This document shows positions 1 through 13,549 of a stretch of 64,000 bases of DNA, piece after piece. This DNA is from Camelus dromedarius (Eukaryota). How positions within the stretch are numbered: position 1 is the stretch's first letter; every line of letters begins with the position of its first letter. A program made the translations under genes and the position numbers. Location: contig NC_087436.1 in NCBI RefSeq assembly GCF_036321535.1, forward strand, positions 11,904,001 through 11,968,000. Reading direction: 5' to 3'. The notes beneath the pieces were generated by a model. The model made no database searches. It was not told the DNA's origin and was given only the letters and a program-made list of their open reading frames with translations.

Positions 1-372
1 TGGGCTATTGTGTCCAGTTGTTTGGTCAAGCACAGTCTAGAAGTTGCTGTGGAAGTATTTTTTAGATGTGATTAACATTCAAATCAGTAGACTTTAAGTA
101 AAGCAGATTATATTCCCTAGTTGATAAACCTCATCCATTCAGTTGAAGGCCTCAAGAGCAAAGACTGTAGTCTCTAGAAGAAATTTCTCTTAAGACTGCA
201 ACATAGAAACCTTGCCTGAGCTTCCAGTCCTTTGCTCTGTGGAATTCAGACTCAAACTGCAACATCAACTCTTGCCTGAATTTCTAGCCTGACATCCTGC
301 CACACAAATTTCCAACTTGCTAGCTCCTAAAGTTGTTTAAGACGGTTCCTTAAAATCTCTCTCTCTCCCCTC
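1..372 (+). mobile_element. MLT2-type ERVL LTR (cut by window edge; 3' tip deleted)
   Basis: MLT2-like motifs ttttagatgtgattaacatt...aatcagtagacttt...gtaaagcagatt and catccattcagttgaaggcct; runs directly into ERVL internal sequence. Confidence 0.8.
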
Positions 373-1108
373 TATTTTGGTACTGAGGGTGGTTCTAGAG
401 AAGTAGAATCTTAAGGATGAGTTTTCTGAATTGGTTCTCAGCTTTCTGAACTTGGTTCTATAACCTTATTAGATTTAAAGGCACTAATGACTGTATTTCT
501 AGTAGTAAAGAGAGTACTGACAGGCCATGGCATGATCTTGCAATAGAAATATGCAAAGATCACCTGATGCTGCTAAGCAAATAGTTATAACAGGTAAGGT
601 TCTGGGTGACCATGTATTTGATGCTTATCTTAGTCACTTAAGGCTGCCATAACAAAATACCATAGATTGGATGGTTTAAACGACAGGAATTTATTTCTCA
701 CAGTTCTGGAGACTGGAAGTCCAAGTTCAAACTTCTAGCAGGGTTGGTGTCCTGTGAGAGTTCTTTCCTTGGGCTGCAGGTGGCTGCCTTCTTGCTGTGT
801 CCTTACGTGGCCTCTCCTTGTTGTGTGTAGGGAGAGAAAGAGAGAGAGAGCAAGCCCTCTGCTGTGCTTCTCATAAGAGCACCAATCCCATCAGACCAGG
901 ACTCTTCCTCGTGGCCTCACCCAACTCAAATTATTTCCCAAAGGCCCCATCTCCAAACACCACTACATTGACAGCTGGGGCTTCAACATATGAATTTGGG
1001 GGGGTAGGACACAAACATTTAGTCCTTAACAATATGTTAGAACACTTTTGTCAAACTAATGAGTATAATGAGTTTGGATAGTTACTCCTAATCATGCTGG
1101 GCAAAGTT
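373..1108 (+). mobile_element. ERVL internal 5' leader/gag remnant, interrupted by an MLT1A LTR at 626-1031
   Basis: ttttggtactgagggtggttctagag (PBS-like), gagttttctgaattggttct; ERVL-like sequence resumes at 1032 (gagtataatgagtttgga...ctcctaa). Confidence 0.7.
626..1031 (-). mobile_element. MLT1A-type MaLR solo LTR
   Basis: tcttagtc...ggctgccataacaaaataccatag...tttctcacagttctggag...ccccatctccaaa...catatgaatttgggg...ttaaca. Confidence 0.85.
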
Positions 1109-1109
1109 A

Positions 1110-1550
1110 CAAGGGTCCTAAAAATGCATTAGGAATCTTTCCTTTTCATTATCTTCTTTTCTTTTTGTTGGGTCTTTATTCCTCTTGGTTGACTTCAGTA
1201 TTGAACAAGCTCTTCTCTTGTGCTGCAAAGGGAAGCCCTTGGTTCAAGGCTTGCTTGGTTCTGGCCTGAGGCATTTTAAAAAGAGAAAGTGGCTCTTTCT
1301 TAATCCTTAATCTTTAAATAATATTCTGTGAAGAATTTTGGTTGGCTTAGATTGGGTCACATGCCTATCCCCAAATTAATTACTGGAGGATGTGTTATTC
1401 TGATTGGCTGGCCCAGGACTGTATGCCTATCGTACAGCTGAAGATCTTGGTCAATCTTATCAAACCATGTGGACTTGGCGGAGCGGGGTGATTCTGCAGA
1501 AGTATTATAAGAGCTCATTTAATTGCAAAAAGTGAAAATGGATGCACAGA
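1110..1550 (-). mobile_element. Old MaLR LTR fragment (MLT1J/K-like)
   Basis: ttggcttagattgggtcacatgcctatcccc...ctgattggctggcccagg motif. Confidence 0.55.
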
Positions 1551-1559
1551 ACCTTCTAA

Positions 1560-1780
1560 AACTTCCCTAGGTGCTCTTTGCTTCCACCTCTGCTCTTACT
1601 ACAATTGGTACCTGCCTTAATTAAAGTCATTATTGCATCATAATTTTCTGTTGGTCCTATCTGAGTCTCCCTGTGATTATAAATTCTGTGGGGGCAGAAA
1701 CTGTTAATTTTCATCTTCATATCTCCATTGCTTGGCATAGTTTTCAGTTTATAGTGGTGCTTAGCAAATATTCATTGCTG
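1560..1780 (+). mobile_element. L2 3' end
   Basis: tctccctgtgattataaattctgtgggggcagaaactg...gtggtgcttagcaaatattc. Confidence 0.6.
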
Positions 1781-1924
1781 GATTATATCTATTCAGTTTA
1801 ATCTAGTTAATTACTCTCTTGCTGGAGGTGTCATGGTCCCTGAACACTTGATATTCTCTCATTAAGTAAATCCTTCTCAGGTACCTTTTTGAAAGACAAA
1901 GTCTTTTAAAAATTCATTACTTAA

Positions 1925-2040
1925 TGGATAAGAATCTGAAAAAGAATATACACATACACATATAGGTAGTATAATTGAATCACTTTGCTGTGCACTTGAA
2001 ATTAACACAACATTGTAAATCAACTAGACTTCAATAAAAA
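1925..2040 (+). mobile_element. Short L1 3' terminal fragment (cetartiodactyl type)
   Basis: gaatctgaaaaagaatata...gaatcactttgctgtgcacttgaaattaacacaacattgtaaatcaacta...caataaaaa. Confidence 0.8.
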
Positions 2041-5000
2041 GTGGTTAGTTTTGGGAAAAGAATCATTATTTACCTCTTACCAAAGTCTCTCTTTTTAAAT
2101 TTCACTTTCAAGTTTCTTAAGATAGGAGTTGGGACTCTGCCCCTTGTTTTCTGCCACCCACTGATTAAACCCTTATTTTATTCTCTATGTTGTCACCAGT
2201 TACATTCTTTTTGTAAGATCCCCTGGTCATTTACCAGTTCTTAACTATGCCATAGCACCTGGCATTGACTTTTCTTTGGTTTTCACTGTTCGGTGCATAT
2301 TGCTGATTTGCATCCCAGATCTTTGCTTATTAGCCAAACATTTGTGCCTGTATATAACGTGTAATGTGCCATAGGTACCCTGGATATAAAGAGTAATGAT
2401 CTTGCCATCAGCAGCTTTTAAGCTAATTGTTCACTTCTCATTTCCAATAGAATGTATACCTAGATGGTTAGAATATGCTACTAACTGAGTTTTGTATCTG
2501 CAGATGTCCTTGCCAGTCAATTCAAAATACTGTTAAAATTTTTCCAACTAAATGTGCTCTTTTGCTCAGGAGCCTTCCCTGGCTCTTCATTGCCTTCTCT
2601 ATGGGATTCAGACTCCCTTGGAGGGGGCGTGGCTTCCTTTGTTAGGACCACCCACTTTGACAGTGTAATCTCTTCTGCCTTCCCCACAGTACAGTGCCTG
2701 CTTCATCGTTTGTTCTCTAAACATTGTACTTTTGATTTTCACATTCATCCTACATGTAACATGCAGGAATTAGTTTCCCTAACATCTCTGCCTTTTGAGG
2801 CACTTCCAACCAATTCCAATTCTAGTTCTTCCACGATGCCTTCCTGGACTTCCCACTTAGATGTGATTATTCCTACCTCTAAATGTCAGCAGGATTTAGG
2901 TTATGCTAATCTTTAGTTTTTGGAACCTAGAGGAGATGCATTTAGAATTTAACCCAGATCTCAGGTGGGCAAGAAAAACTGCTCAGTATCTGCCAGCTCA
3001 TAGGTTTTAACTCAATAAATATGAGATGAATGAATGAATAAATAGCTGCTGTGAAACCAGCCCTGCAGGACTGTAAAATATTTGCCCAAGAATGCTTCCA
3101 TTGGCTACATAGAGCCCAGTATGGAACTTTTCCACGTGGCTCTGAGTGTCATGCCAGAAATAATACACAGGCTGTCAGCTGCCCCTGAGCAATTCTTGAC
3201 AGTCTCAAACAGAGATGAGGGAGATGTGGAGCAGGGTGAGACAGGAATGAGCAGATCAGCTCCACCTCTCTGAGTGCTTAAGAGTTCATTACCTTCTACA
3301 GAAGGGAGGTCATCAAGTGGAAAAAATACTGTCAGGCAACCATCCATTCCGGGGTACTGGTCATGCCTCCGTCTGTTCTTTTATCTCTAATAATTAGATA
3401 AGGGTGTAAGCAGAATTAATTGAAGTAGCGTGGTTACCTGCCTGCATCATTTTCATCCACAGAGTCCACTGGAGGACTCCTTCAGATGCTACACTGCTTA
3501 GGAATTATATGTGTTACTTTAATTAAAAGGGATAATTTGATAATAATCAAATTGACTAAGAATTTTATTTAAATATAAGAGTAAATTAGAGCCAGATTAT
3601 AGCAGTGTCAGTTTAGTTTTAAATCACCAGTCCCTTCTCATCAGGGAATTTATAGTCATTCTCTACCTCCTATTATTAGTGGAATAAACCCCGTTGGCTG
3701 TGCCAATGCCTCAAAGTTGCTTTTGTGACCTGTGTATCTTTATCTATTGTTGCTTCTGTGTCAGAGGGTGCTTTCAGACTCCTTTTGAGGTTCATTTAAT
3801 TTCTATTCAACCCCAGTTCCTTTAACAAGACTTCACTGTCTCTGCTGTGACTCCTCATACATCCATGACCCCTTTGTCCCATGGTTTTTATTTGTGGTTG
3901 ACATTTTTTCTTTAGAACTCTCCCTTTCTTACAGTCATGCTCTGTGTCCTGTGCAACAATAAAATCTCTGCCCATTTCTTTTCTGCACAGACTCCCTCTC
4001 CATGCTTTGCACTACACAGTGTTGTCTTTTTATTTTCTCAGCCTGGAAATAACTCTGTCTTTCTGGTGCTACTGCTATTTCTCTATTACTAACTACACTT
4101 AACTTATGCTGACAGCATTCATATTGAAGCTTATACTCCACACATCTCTAGCATCCTTCAGTTTATTCCTGACTCTTTGCTGGTGAAAGGATTTCATTCT
4201 TTTCTCCAAGGAAGCCCTGTTTTTTAGAAGCAAGATTGGTATTTGACAGAAGACCCAAGTATCTTGTGTTCCTGGGAGGCAAGAAGTAAAAAAAAAAAAA
4301 AAAAAAGGAAAAAGAAACAGCAAAAAACACAGACATATATAAACTTTTTTCTAGGAGATGCTTTAAGTTTTTTCTTTTCCTTTATTTACAGCATTTCAGG
4401 TTTTCAGCAAATATACAGCAGAAAGATGTGGACTTCCTGCCTCTGGGGATTGCAAACTTCCCATTGAGCTCTGCCTGTCAAGCTCCCTTTAAGTTTTATG
4501 ATCACATACTTAAAAATGGCATAATATTCAACTAAAATGTGGCATAAGGTGGCAAGATCTTGTTTATTCTCCGTTTTGTTGTGTGCAGTACGGGTAATGC
4601 TTGTTCCACAGTTATGGTTTTAAATGCACATAATTTCTTTTGTCTTCAACAAACCATTCAGCTATGAAGTTTTATATTTACACGCATCAATTTAGAGTTA
4701 TTGTGAATTGGGAAATGGCTTTAAGACATCTATGTAGGAAAAAATGATCCCCTTTTATCAGGAGCCTGAACTATTCAGACAGATTTCCCCTGGTCAAAGA
4801 CCATATGACAGCGTTCTCAGGTATGGTGAATAAATGAATAAACGAGTAATGCTAATAGACATGGAGTGAAGCTGCCAATGCATTTCATCCCGATCTTTGG
4901 AGTAATTTAAAACTTGCTCTGTTTTTTTTTTTTCTTTTTAAGAAAAACTGTCCATCAAGTTCAAACATACAATGGATAGTGTGGATAAAAGACCATCAGG

Positions 5001-5721
5001 CATTTATATGAAACCACAAGACATCTTTTCACTAGCTATCTCAATTTGGGATTTGAATTCAAACTCATCAAAGGAAAAAAAAAGATCTATTAACACATTA
5101 CACAGTCTTTAAAGAAAAGAATCAGTATTTTACTTTTTTGACAGTTGAATAAAAGGATTTAGACACATTTCAAATGGAGAAAAAAGGGCTTTAATCCCTT
5201 GATGGAACAGGAAGACAATCATACTATACTGGAAAGACTGCACAGACCGTTGGAGAGAAACCGCAGAATATGCGGCCTCAGCCCCATCAGATCCGAGCAC
5301 AGCAGCATCTTGTCTGTTGGCTTGTTTCCTCTCAGCCTGGTTCACCTCCCACAGGCTTTACAGTAAAAGGAAGTGTAAACCCTCATCTGAGCAGGTGCTA
5401 CTCTATTAGAGACGACTTAGACGGTATAACGAGGAGGGAGGGAGTGGTGTATTACTTTAACCAGATTGCAAACCTGAAGAAGAATAATGAACGTCCCATT
5501 AGCTAAATAAACGGGGGGGGGGGCAGGAAGAAGACAGGGGCATGGTGCTTACAGAAGAGTCACTTTTTGTTGTGTATGGTGTTCATGATACTAAACAAAT
5601 ACATGTTTTTGTAAATGTCCTTTTCTGTGCACATGAAATATAGTAGACATTCAACTATTTGTGGAATGAAAATAAGAATACATTATGTATATAGAAAATT
5701 TTGGTCTAAGATGATCAGAAA

Positions 5722-5931
5722 CAGCTTGTCAATCAGCACCTTTGACCTTTGGGACCAGATGGATCTTTGGGTGAAGGGCTGTCTCATGTATCGTAGGGTG
5801 TTTAGCAGCCTCCTTGGCTATGAGACCCATCAGATTCCAGGAGCAACTCCCCCTGTTGGGACGACCAAAATGTTTCCAAATGTTGCCAAATGTCCCCTGG
5901 ATGTCATAGCTCCTCTGATGGACAACCACTG
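5722..5931 (+). mobile_element. MER20 (hAT-Charlie non-autonomous element)
   Basis: cag...gtttagcagcctcc...ccaaaatgtttcca...gccaaatgtcccctgg...aaccactg; 8-bp TSD atcagaaa (5714-5721) / atgagaaa (5932-5939). Confidence 0.85.
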
Positions 5932-6069
5932 ATGAGAAAGGAAGTTACAATGAGCACACTTGGATTTTACCTACATAGCTTTCTATTCTTTCTATTTGGA
6001 AGGCTAGTTTGTGATTGGGTAGGAAGGATGGGTTCACTTGCTTTTTACCTGTTATCAAATTTATGTGAA

Positions 6070-6503
6070 TATATTAGTTTTGTAGGGCTGCTGTAACCAA
6101 GGACCACAAATTGGGTGGCTTAAAGAGCAAGAATTTGTTGTCTCCCAGTTCTGGGAGCTAGAAGACTGAATCGAGGTGCCGGCAGAGTTGGCTCCTTCTG
6201 AGGGCTGTGGGGGAGAAGGTCTTCCAGGTCTCGCTCTCAGCTTCTGCTGCCTCAGGCGTCTCTTGGCTTGAAGACAGTTCTCTCCCGGTGTCTATAGACG
6301 ATCTTGTCTTTAGGGTGTCAGTCAAACCAGTGTCCAAATTTCCCCTTTTTATAAGGATGCGAGTCATACAGGATTAGGGCCAGCCCTAACGACCTCGTTT
6401 TAACTCGATTACTCTGTAAAGACCCTGTCTCCACGCTCTGAGGTACCGGGGGTTAGAAAGCCAGCATATACTCGGGGGAGGGGGCACAATTCAACTCACA
6501 GCA
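6070..6503 (-). mobile_element. MLT1C-type MaLR solo LTR
   Basis: tattagttt...gggctgctgtaac...ttataaggat...ggattagggcc...cacaattcaactcacagca; 5-bp TSD gtgaa/gtgta. Confidence 0.85.
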
Positions 6504-7529
6504 GTGTACTCCAACTACTGGGCCTTTAATGCCGCAAATGAGACTCTGGCATTTAACCACTAACTGCTTTAACTTTTACTTTTTGTTCACCTCTCTGTCA
6601 CATCTCTGCTGCCTGGGGGACAAAAAACGGTGTGATGTATTTTGTAAGAATCTTTACAGGACTCAGGAGAGTGCTTGACAAGGTTTTATCTGAATGAAGA
6701 AGAAATGCTCCTTTATACAGAGGTGGCTTGTCACTTTAGCTCTAATTGACATAGAATCACACCAATGAACTTGTCTATTTTCCTCTTAAGTCAAACCAGC
6801 ACTGGGCTCCTTTTGAGTAACCATTATTCTTTAAGCTTATTTTAACTTTTAATTGAAAGAATTAAATATGTAAATAAAAATGAGTGAACAGAACACATTC
6901 AAATAGAATGAGAATATGCATAATAAATAATCTCTTCAATTCCCGGTCTTCTTGTCGAAAGGCAACTGTTGTTGACAGTTTCCTGTATGTCCTTCCAGAA
7001 TATTCTCACGTACATAAAATTTGCTTATATTATTTTCTACATCCTCTGACTTACTCCTCTGAAGCTCTAAACACGAACTGCTCGCTCTAATTCCCCCAAC
7101 TCACACACACACTAAAAAAAAGCCAAGAAATTGTATGTGGCTCACATATTCTCCAAGACAGAGTTTCAGAGTCCATGATTTGTTTAGCTATGAAATAAAA
7201 GACATATGCTCGGGTTGAGTATAGAACCAAACTTAGGAAGAGCAATCTGAAGGCATCTTTTGGGATCTGCCACCACCCCAAAAGCCATAGACATTAAAGA
7301 GTGCTGACTATAGAACCAGAGCAGTCAGCCCAGCTGTGTAAGCCATCAGGAGCCTGGGTTTTCTTGGACGCTCCTAGAGGAGGCTGGGGACTGAGGAGAA
7401 AGAGGTTCCTGAAAAGCCGAGAACAATGCCAGAAAGCCAGGCTCTTCTTGAAGCCAGCATCCTCTCTGGCTCATGCGTTCCCACAGACCTGGACAGGAAT
7501 GAGATGCTTGACAGGGGTGCAATCCCTGG

Positions 7530-7858
7530 TACCGACATTATATACAAGGCATTACTCTCGGGGCCGAGGATACTGTGGTACTAAGATACAGTCCTTGCTT
7601 TCTTGGAGCTTATATCCTGTGCTGCATCAAATAATCAACAAATCAACAAATACACCTATAGTGTAATATAGGTAGCAGTAAATATTGTGGAGAGAAATAA
7701 AGATGGATAAGAGGATAAAGCCGTTGTTAAGAAGCTGACGTTACAGCAGAGACTTGAATGTATTTAGGGAGCAAGTTATGCAAAGGCCAGAGGAAGGTCG
7801 TTGCCATCACGCACTGGAAGGGCAAGTAAAAAGTCTTAATTTGGGAAGAAGTTGGCTT
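7530..7858 (-). mobile_element. L2 fragment
   Basis: caaggcattactct...gatacagtccttgctttcttggagcttata...gcagagacttgaatg. Confidence 0.7.
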
Positions 7859-7864
7859 CCTTGT

Positions 7865-8000
7865 GATTTAGTGGGCTCTCTGTCCTGGAACTGTTCAGTC
7901 TGCACTACCTGCCAGGGACTCTAAAAGGATAATCCCTGCATTAGTTATGAGGTTGAGACTAGTCAACTTTGAGATCTTCCGGCTTTAAGATTCTGTATAT
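7865..8000 (+). mobile_element. CR1/L3-like 3' end
   Basis: gactagtcaactttgagatcttccggctttaagattctgta resembles the L3/MIR3 tail. Confidence 0.5.
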
Positions 8001-8949
8001 TTGCTTGGCATAACCATATGGCTTAGAACTTAAATAAGAGACACTTAAGTGGAGAAAAGATGCAGAAGTCTCTTTGGGGAAACAAACAATAAAGCTATAG
8101 GTTTGGAGACTGTTTATTCATGACCTTGCTCCCTGCTGACACTGAAATTTGGGGGAAATATAAAAATAGAATGAGGGCATGATGAATCAGGAGTTAAAGA
8201 AAGTTAGTTCATTTAGCTACACACAGATACGTAACTACTCTCCAAATGATTCAGAATCTGTGGGAAATGACTTATAAGAGCAGATACTAAACTTTGTATG
8301 GGAAGTAATTTTACAGGAAACAATTGTTTGTAAGTTTTGCATGATACATCATTTTAAATTAGAAAACCAGAGATAGCTGAAGGGTATTTATAGAGTTCTT
8401 TGAGCTCTTCTGAAGAAGAGCATGCATGCCACAGATTTTCACTTTCATTTTCGTTTTTTTAAACATTTTTTTTTAAACATCAGGCAGGCAGCACATAAAG
8501 GTCATTAGAATCAAAAGTTATTTACTGTTGGAACTGGAAAAAAAGGACTGATATATGTTTTTGTGTCTTTGGAGTCTTAGCAAAGAAAATATGTTGAAAA
8601 TTAAATCGAAGGGTGTTGATATTTACTAGCAAAACTTCTAGAACTGTAACATGGTATTTTATCTTTTGGAGTGAAAACTAAATGCCTCAAGTGATAGGTA
8701 AAAATGTGGGCATGTTTCAGCATCAAAGTTTGGCATTCAAAGTAGACTTACATGGACAATACTCATACCTTATATTCTGACTTTCATCAAGTAGGTTTGC
8801 AAACCAGAAGGAGCCGTATCGTTTTTTTCTTCTTCCATACGAATCTCCTTTTTCCCTCTAAGCAGAACACTTACTGAAACCAGTGAAAACTATACACAGA
8901 AATTAGGAAGCAAAGCAGTGAAAGAATGGAGACCAGAAGGCTTGACTGC

Positions 8950-9090
8950 TTCTTAACAGAAGAGGAAAACTGAGTGACAAAAGGGTGAGATATTTGTGAC
9001 ACATCACGTTGTGAATCAGAAGAAAGTGCCAGGAATTGAACACACACGTTTCTAGTCTCTGGGCCAACTCCAAGCTAATTCTCCTCCTTA
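8950..9090 (-). mobile_element. MIR fragment
   Basis: acagaagaggaaaactgag...ccaggaattgaac core. Confidence 0.6.
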
Positions 9091-11743
9091 ACTGACATTT
9101 ATGGAGAACAGATGTGGTGCCACTGTGGTTTATGTGAAATTAGTTCTGCCTCCTTCTTTCCTGAACACATATGTGTATCACACATGTATACATCGCTAAA
9201 GAAGGACCATATTTTCCCACGTTCTCATTTGCTATATTTCTCTAGTAGCCTGCGGGATGTCCAGAAGAACTCGGGAATGAGGCCAAGGGATCAGTCTGAG
9301 ATGGAGGTGGGGAGATGACACGCTTTCAGCACACGTGGTTACTAACATCGTTCCTGCTTTGCTTTTATTTAGTTTTTCTAATGAGGATATTGTCAGGGAG
9401 ATCCATGAACCCAAACTGTACAAAATATAAAAGATTACAGAAGAGAAACAGCTGCTCAAAGCCAGGTTTACTTTTAGGACTTGTCTTATGGAGACCGCAT
9501 GCCTTCAACCTGATGAAGACTGAGAACAATTTAACAGTGGGTGAAATACAATTAACAGAGCACATGGGGACGGGCATTATAGCTGAAGGAAGAATACTGT
9601 ACTTCGGGGATGGCAGTTTACAAAATGATATGTATATCATTCCACTCTTAATTTTCGTGAGCTTGATTCTTATTTTCCTGTAATTGGTATGGACATAGTA
9701 AACTTGTGGAACTTAGGAGAACCTAGGTGCGGAAAAACTCATAATGAGAACTCATCTCAAATTTATCCACAGTAATTAGCTCTTAGACACCATGAACAAA
9801 TTGAAATGATGGATAAGCCATGGAATGGAATGTCTGTTCGGAATATCTGACCTCCAAGCATTTGCACAGGCTTCTCTTTGTGCCAAATACTTGTCCACAC
9901 CACCTCGATTGCCTGACCTTTAGTTACATCTCAGCGTTACTCCGGACATCTGCCCTGGGAGTCCTTCAACGCCCCTAAGGCTGGGTTGGGTGTCCTGTGG
10001 GCACATGTATGTAGCTCTGGTTGTACTTCTTATAATTCTTGTTGATTTCCTTGAAGACACAGCACTTCCTAACCTGAAATTATTTCAGATTTACTGGAAC
10101 TTGGAGTCAAGGGGAAGCGTCTGGGAAGAACTTAAGCTGTAAGAAGGGGTCAAATAAAGAAGGATCTTAAAAACACATTTAGAAGTTTGGTTATGGTCCA
10201 AACATCTACTCAGTGTAAGTTAGAGCTCATAAACATCCTAAAACATAGTAGTAATTTACCTTGCTAATAAATCGTAGGGGAAAAAAAGAAAATCGATTGA
10301 TTAAAATACATATTTTATACCAGATATCAGGAACTCATGGGATGCTATTTAATTTCTGCTGGTACATTATCTTTCCAGGCATATATCTGACATTTAATGG
10401 AACGGGGACCAGCTGTTGTTCCTACTCATAAAATAAATACTCAGATGCTTGAGAGATGGGCAGTGTGGTGCTGAGGTGTGTGCTTGTTCTGCACAGCATC
10501 CTGTCCTCTCATCTTTGCTCTCCATCTGCTGGGAGCCTAAGCCAGGGGCAGTTTTTACTTTGAAGGTTCCCTTGGCTTTGCCCTGTCCACATTCATTTGG
10601 ATTCAACTATTTGCACCCAAAAGATCAGTAATATAACACCCAGCTCCTTGAAGCAATGACAACTCTCCTTGCCCTCTTATAATGGAAGAAATTTGGACTG
10701 AGAAATTGTCTTTTTTTCTTGTTTTAGATTCTTTATAAGAGTAACAATATGATTACCTTCTGAAGATTTTGACATGGTTTTGTTTTAAAGAACAAAGACA
10801 TTTCTCTGGCTTAGAGTATTTTAAGCCATGTAAATCTCTTTTGTTTATATCAATCTCAAAATGTTTGTAAGCAGTGTCACTTCGGTTTTAATTTTCACAG
10901 GACTTGTAATCTGGTCTGGTAGGTTTTGTGGGCAGCAAATAATGACCAGCTGCATAGTTTCCTTAAAAGGACATGAGAGTCTCTTAATGGGTTCCTGCTA
11001 CTGGGGCTTAGGACCACTGAATTAGTAAATCTTACTTACCCTTTCGATGCCAACCTGTAACAACAGTATAGTTCGTGGACCATGAAGGGTGAGTGATACT
11101 GGAACCCTGCTGGGCTTAACATTCTGATGTTACAGGAGATCCTGAGGGAGCTCAGATGGTCCTTGGGCAGGAAAAGAGTGCTGAAATGGCAACATCTGAA
11201 TGGGTCTTGTATGGGCACAACAGGAAATATTAGGAAGAAATAAAACCCCTCTTGGGTGCAGCCTGAAAAGTGATGCTTGAGGTCACCTTGTTTATGGCAA
11301 GCATAGGGTTGAATTTGCTTTTTATGCTTTGATGGTTTTCAAGAGAAGGTGAAATATCATTTATGTAAATTTTTAAAAAGCAATTTAATTATCACATCTT
11401 ATAAAATGTGGAAGCTTCATTAATAGTAGCAAACATCGTCTTTTGAAAAAAAGTTATACAGTCTGCAGTTGCAACAAATTAGCTTTGAATATTACCTTTA
11501 AGGTAACTTTAAAAATATTTAAAAGGGAGAACATATGAAGAAATAGAGGTCTGAGTCATCAAACTAACTTTTCCCTAAATGAAGGAACTTAGGAGAAAAA
11601 TTAAATATTTAGGATCATTTTAATACATTATTTACAACTGATTCAGTAATGTGTTAAATTGAGATCCAGTAGGAAAGGAAATAAACTTATCTGTCTCCAG
11701 GTTAACCTCACATCAGTGAAGCGCTGGGGTGGATCATGCCCAC

Positions 11744-12178
11744 TGCATTTGTTTCTCGTGGCTGCCAAAACAAGTTGTCAAAACCTAACAGAGACTGATC
11801 TTCTCACGGTTCTGGAGGCCGGAAGTCTGAAATCAAGGTACTGGCAGAGCCACACATGCTCTGAAGGGCCTGGCAGGGAATCGTGCCAGCCTCTTCCAGC
11901 TCTTGGAGGCTCCTTGGCTCGTGGCTGCATCGCTCCAGTATCTGCCTCTGTCTGTCTTCAAGTGGCCTGCCTCCCTCTGCGTGTCCAGGTCCTTTTCTGA
12001 CTCCGGTGAGGACACTCTTACTGAATTTAGGGCTCACCCTAAACCGGGGTGATTTCATCTTGATCCTTAACTAATTACATCTGCGAAGATCCCATTTCCA
12101 AATAAGGTCACAGTCTGAAGTTCTCGGATGGACAAGAATTCGGGGGGTGCGGAGGGAGGCTCTACTCAAGCCACTACA
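11744..12178 (-). mobile_element. MLT1C/D-type MaLR solo LTR
   Basis: tg...ttctcacggttctggaggccggaagtctgaaatcaagg...taattacatctgcgaagatcccatttccaaataaggtcaca...ctaca. Confidence 0.85.
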
Positions 12179-13549
12179 GTGATTATAAATTAAATACTGT
12201 TGAAAGATAAATTAGAATCTTTTGGAGCGCTCCAGTCTTTCAGGGTTTTAGGTCGCTGCTTAAGAAACATCATAAATATATCATACTTAAGGAATTCTCG
12301 AGATCAGGAAAAAAAATCAATTTTGAAGTGTAAATACTAAAATCATTAGAAACAAGCGTTTCCTAAAGTAATAGATGCCCCGAATTTCTAAAATTAGATC
12401 AGAATTTACTCCTAAATGAATCACACAAACGTATTTGCTTTTCTGATGACGTTTCGCTAGATCTTCATGTAAAATTTTTAATTCAGGGAGAATTTGCAGT
12501 AGATGTTTGTAGCCTTTTCCTATATTCAAGTGACACAATCAAAAGTGTGACCCAATGCAAGTTTTAGCTTCTTAGACCTACATCCGACTATCTGACTGTT
12601 TCTCAGGTTGTCAGAGAATTTCTCAGACATCAGAGTTGAATACACTAATTATTCCTAAGTGTTGAATTCCTTAAGTCTTTACCGAAAATAAATCTTTTTA
12701 CTTCGTAGACTTTCAGACTGCCTTGCTCCCTATTCTTGTACCCGTGAACGGAAGGAGATGGTCGGCGCTGCGTGCTTTGCGTATTCCGGTGCTTGGCGCA
12801 ATCAGAGCTTTATGACAAATGTGCATTCTTTTCGTATTTGATAAATGAATAATTTCAGGGCTGCTGTTTAGAAACGTCATTTTAGACAGATAGTGTGAGC
12901 ACACAGACCACGATGGATAGTGATGACTTCAAAGTCTCTGAGAAAGAAAGCCTCTCATTCCGTTTCCCAAATTTAGGATAAAGCCCACCATCTGGTCAGG
13001 GCCTTGTTTGGGGACCGTGGTTCTTAGAACCTAAGTTGAGCTTGAGGACCACCTTCCAGACTCCCAGGAAAAGCATCAGTACTCCGGGGTGGGTGACGCC
13101 TGTCCACGGATGAACTTTCTTTTGCCATTTTCTCTGGGAAGAAAGACCACTGGAGAGACTGGAAGCCCACCCTGCTGCTGAGTCTTGTCAGGGACCGTCT
13201 CACACTGACTGGGCGTGAGCACCACACACCCTGGTGTTGCTGCATTGTGGCAAGGCACGTCCTCCCTGGTGCCACTGAGACCTCTGACACTCTGTCCAAA
13301 AAGCTACGGTGAATCTCAGATGCTACCAGTGTTCCCTACGAATGGACGACTTTTGCGTTTTAAGGGTTGAGGCCTTGATTGTCAGGGCACGTCTGGAGGT
13401 TAGGGGTGTCTGTGTGGCTGTGGTGTTTTGGGACCGGTACCCCGGCAACCTGTCTCGCAGCCATCCCCAGGGAGGCTGAAGGAGGACTGCTGAGATGAGG
13501 GGACGTGTGTCGTAAAGCCCTGGGCAGAGGCTCACTCAGAAGCCCTACG

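Noticed and set aside
4288..4330. Poly(A) run as a retrocopy tail
   Set aside because: No upstream TSD partner or transcript-like body found.
4368..4530. Strong plus-strand splice acceptor at 4391 (similar at ~10728)
   Set aside because: No matching donor or recognisable peptide; at 10728 all three frames hit stops quickly.
9315..9683. 122-aa ORF with hydrophobic ends
   Set aside because: No recognisable homology, splice context or promoter; T-rich DNA readily gives such ORFs.
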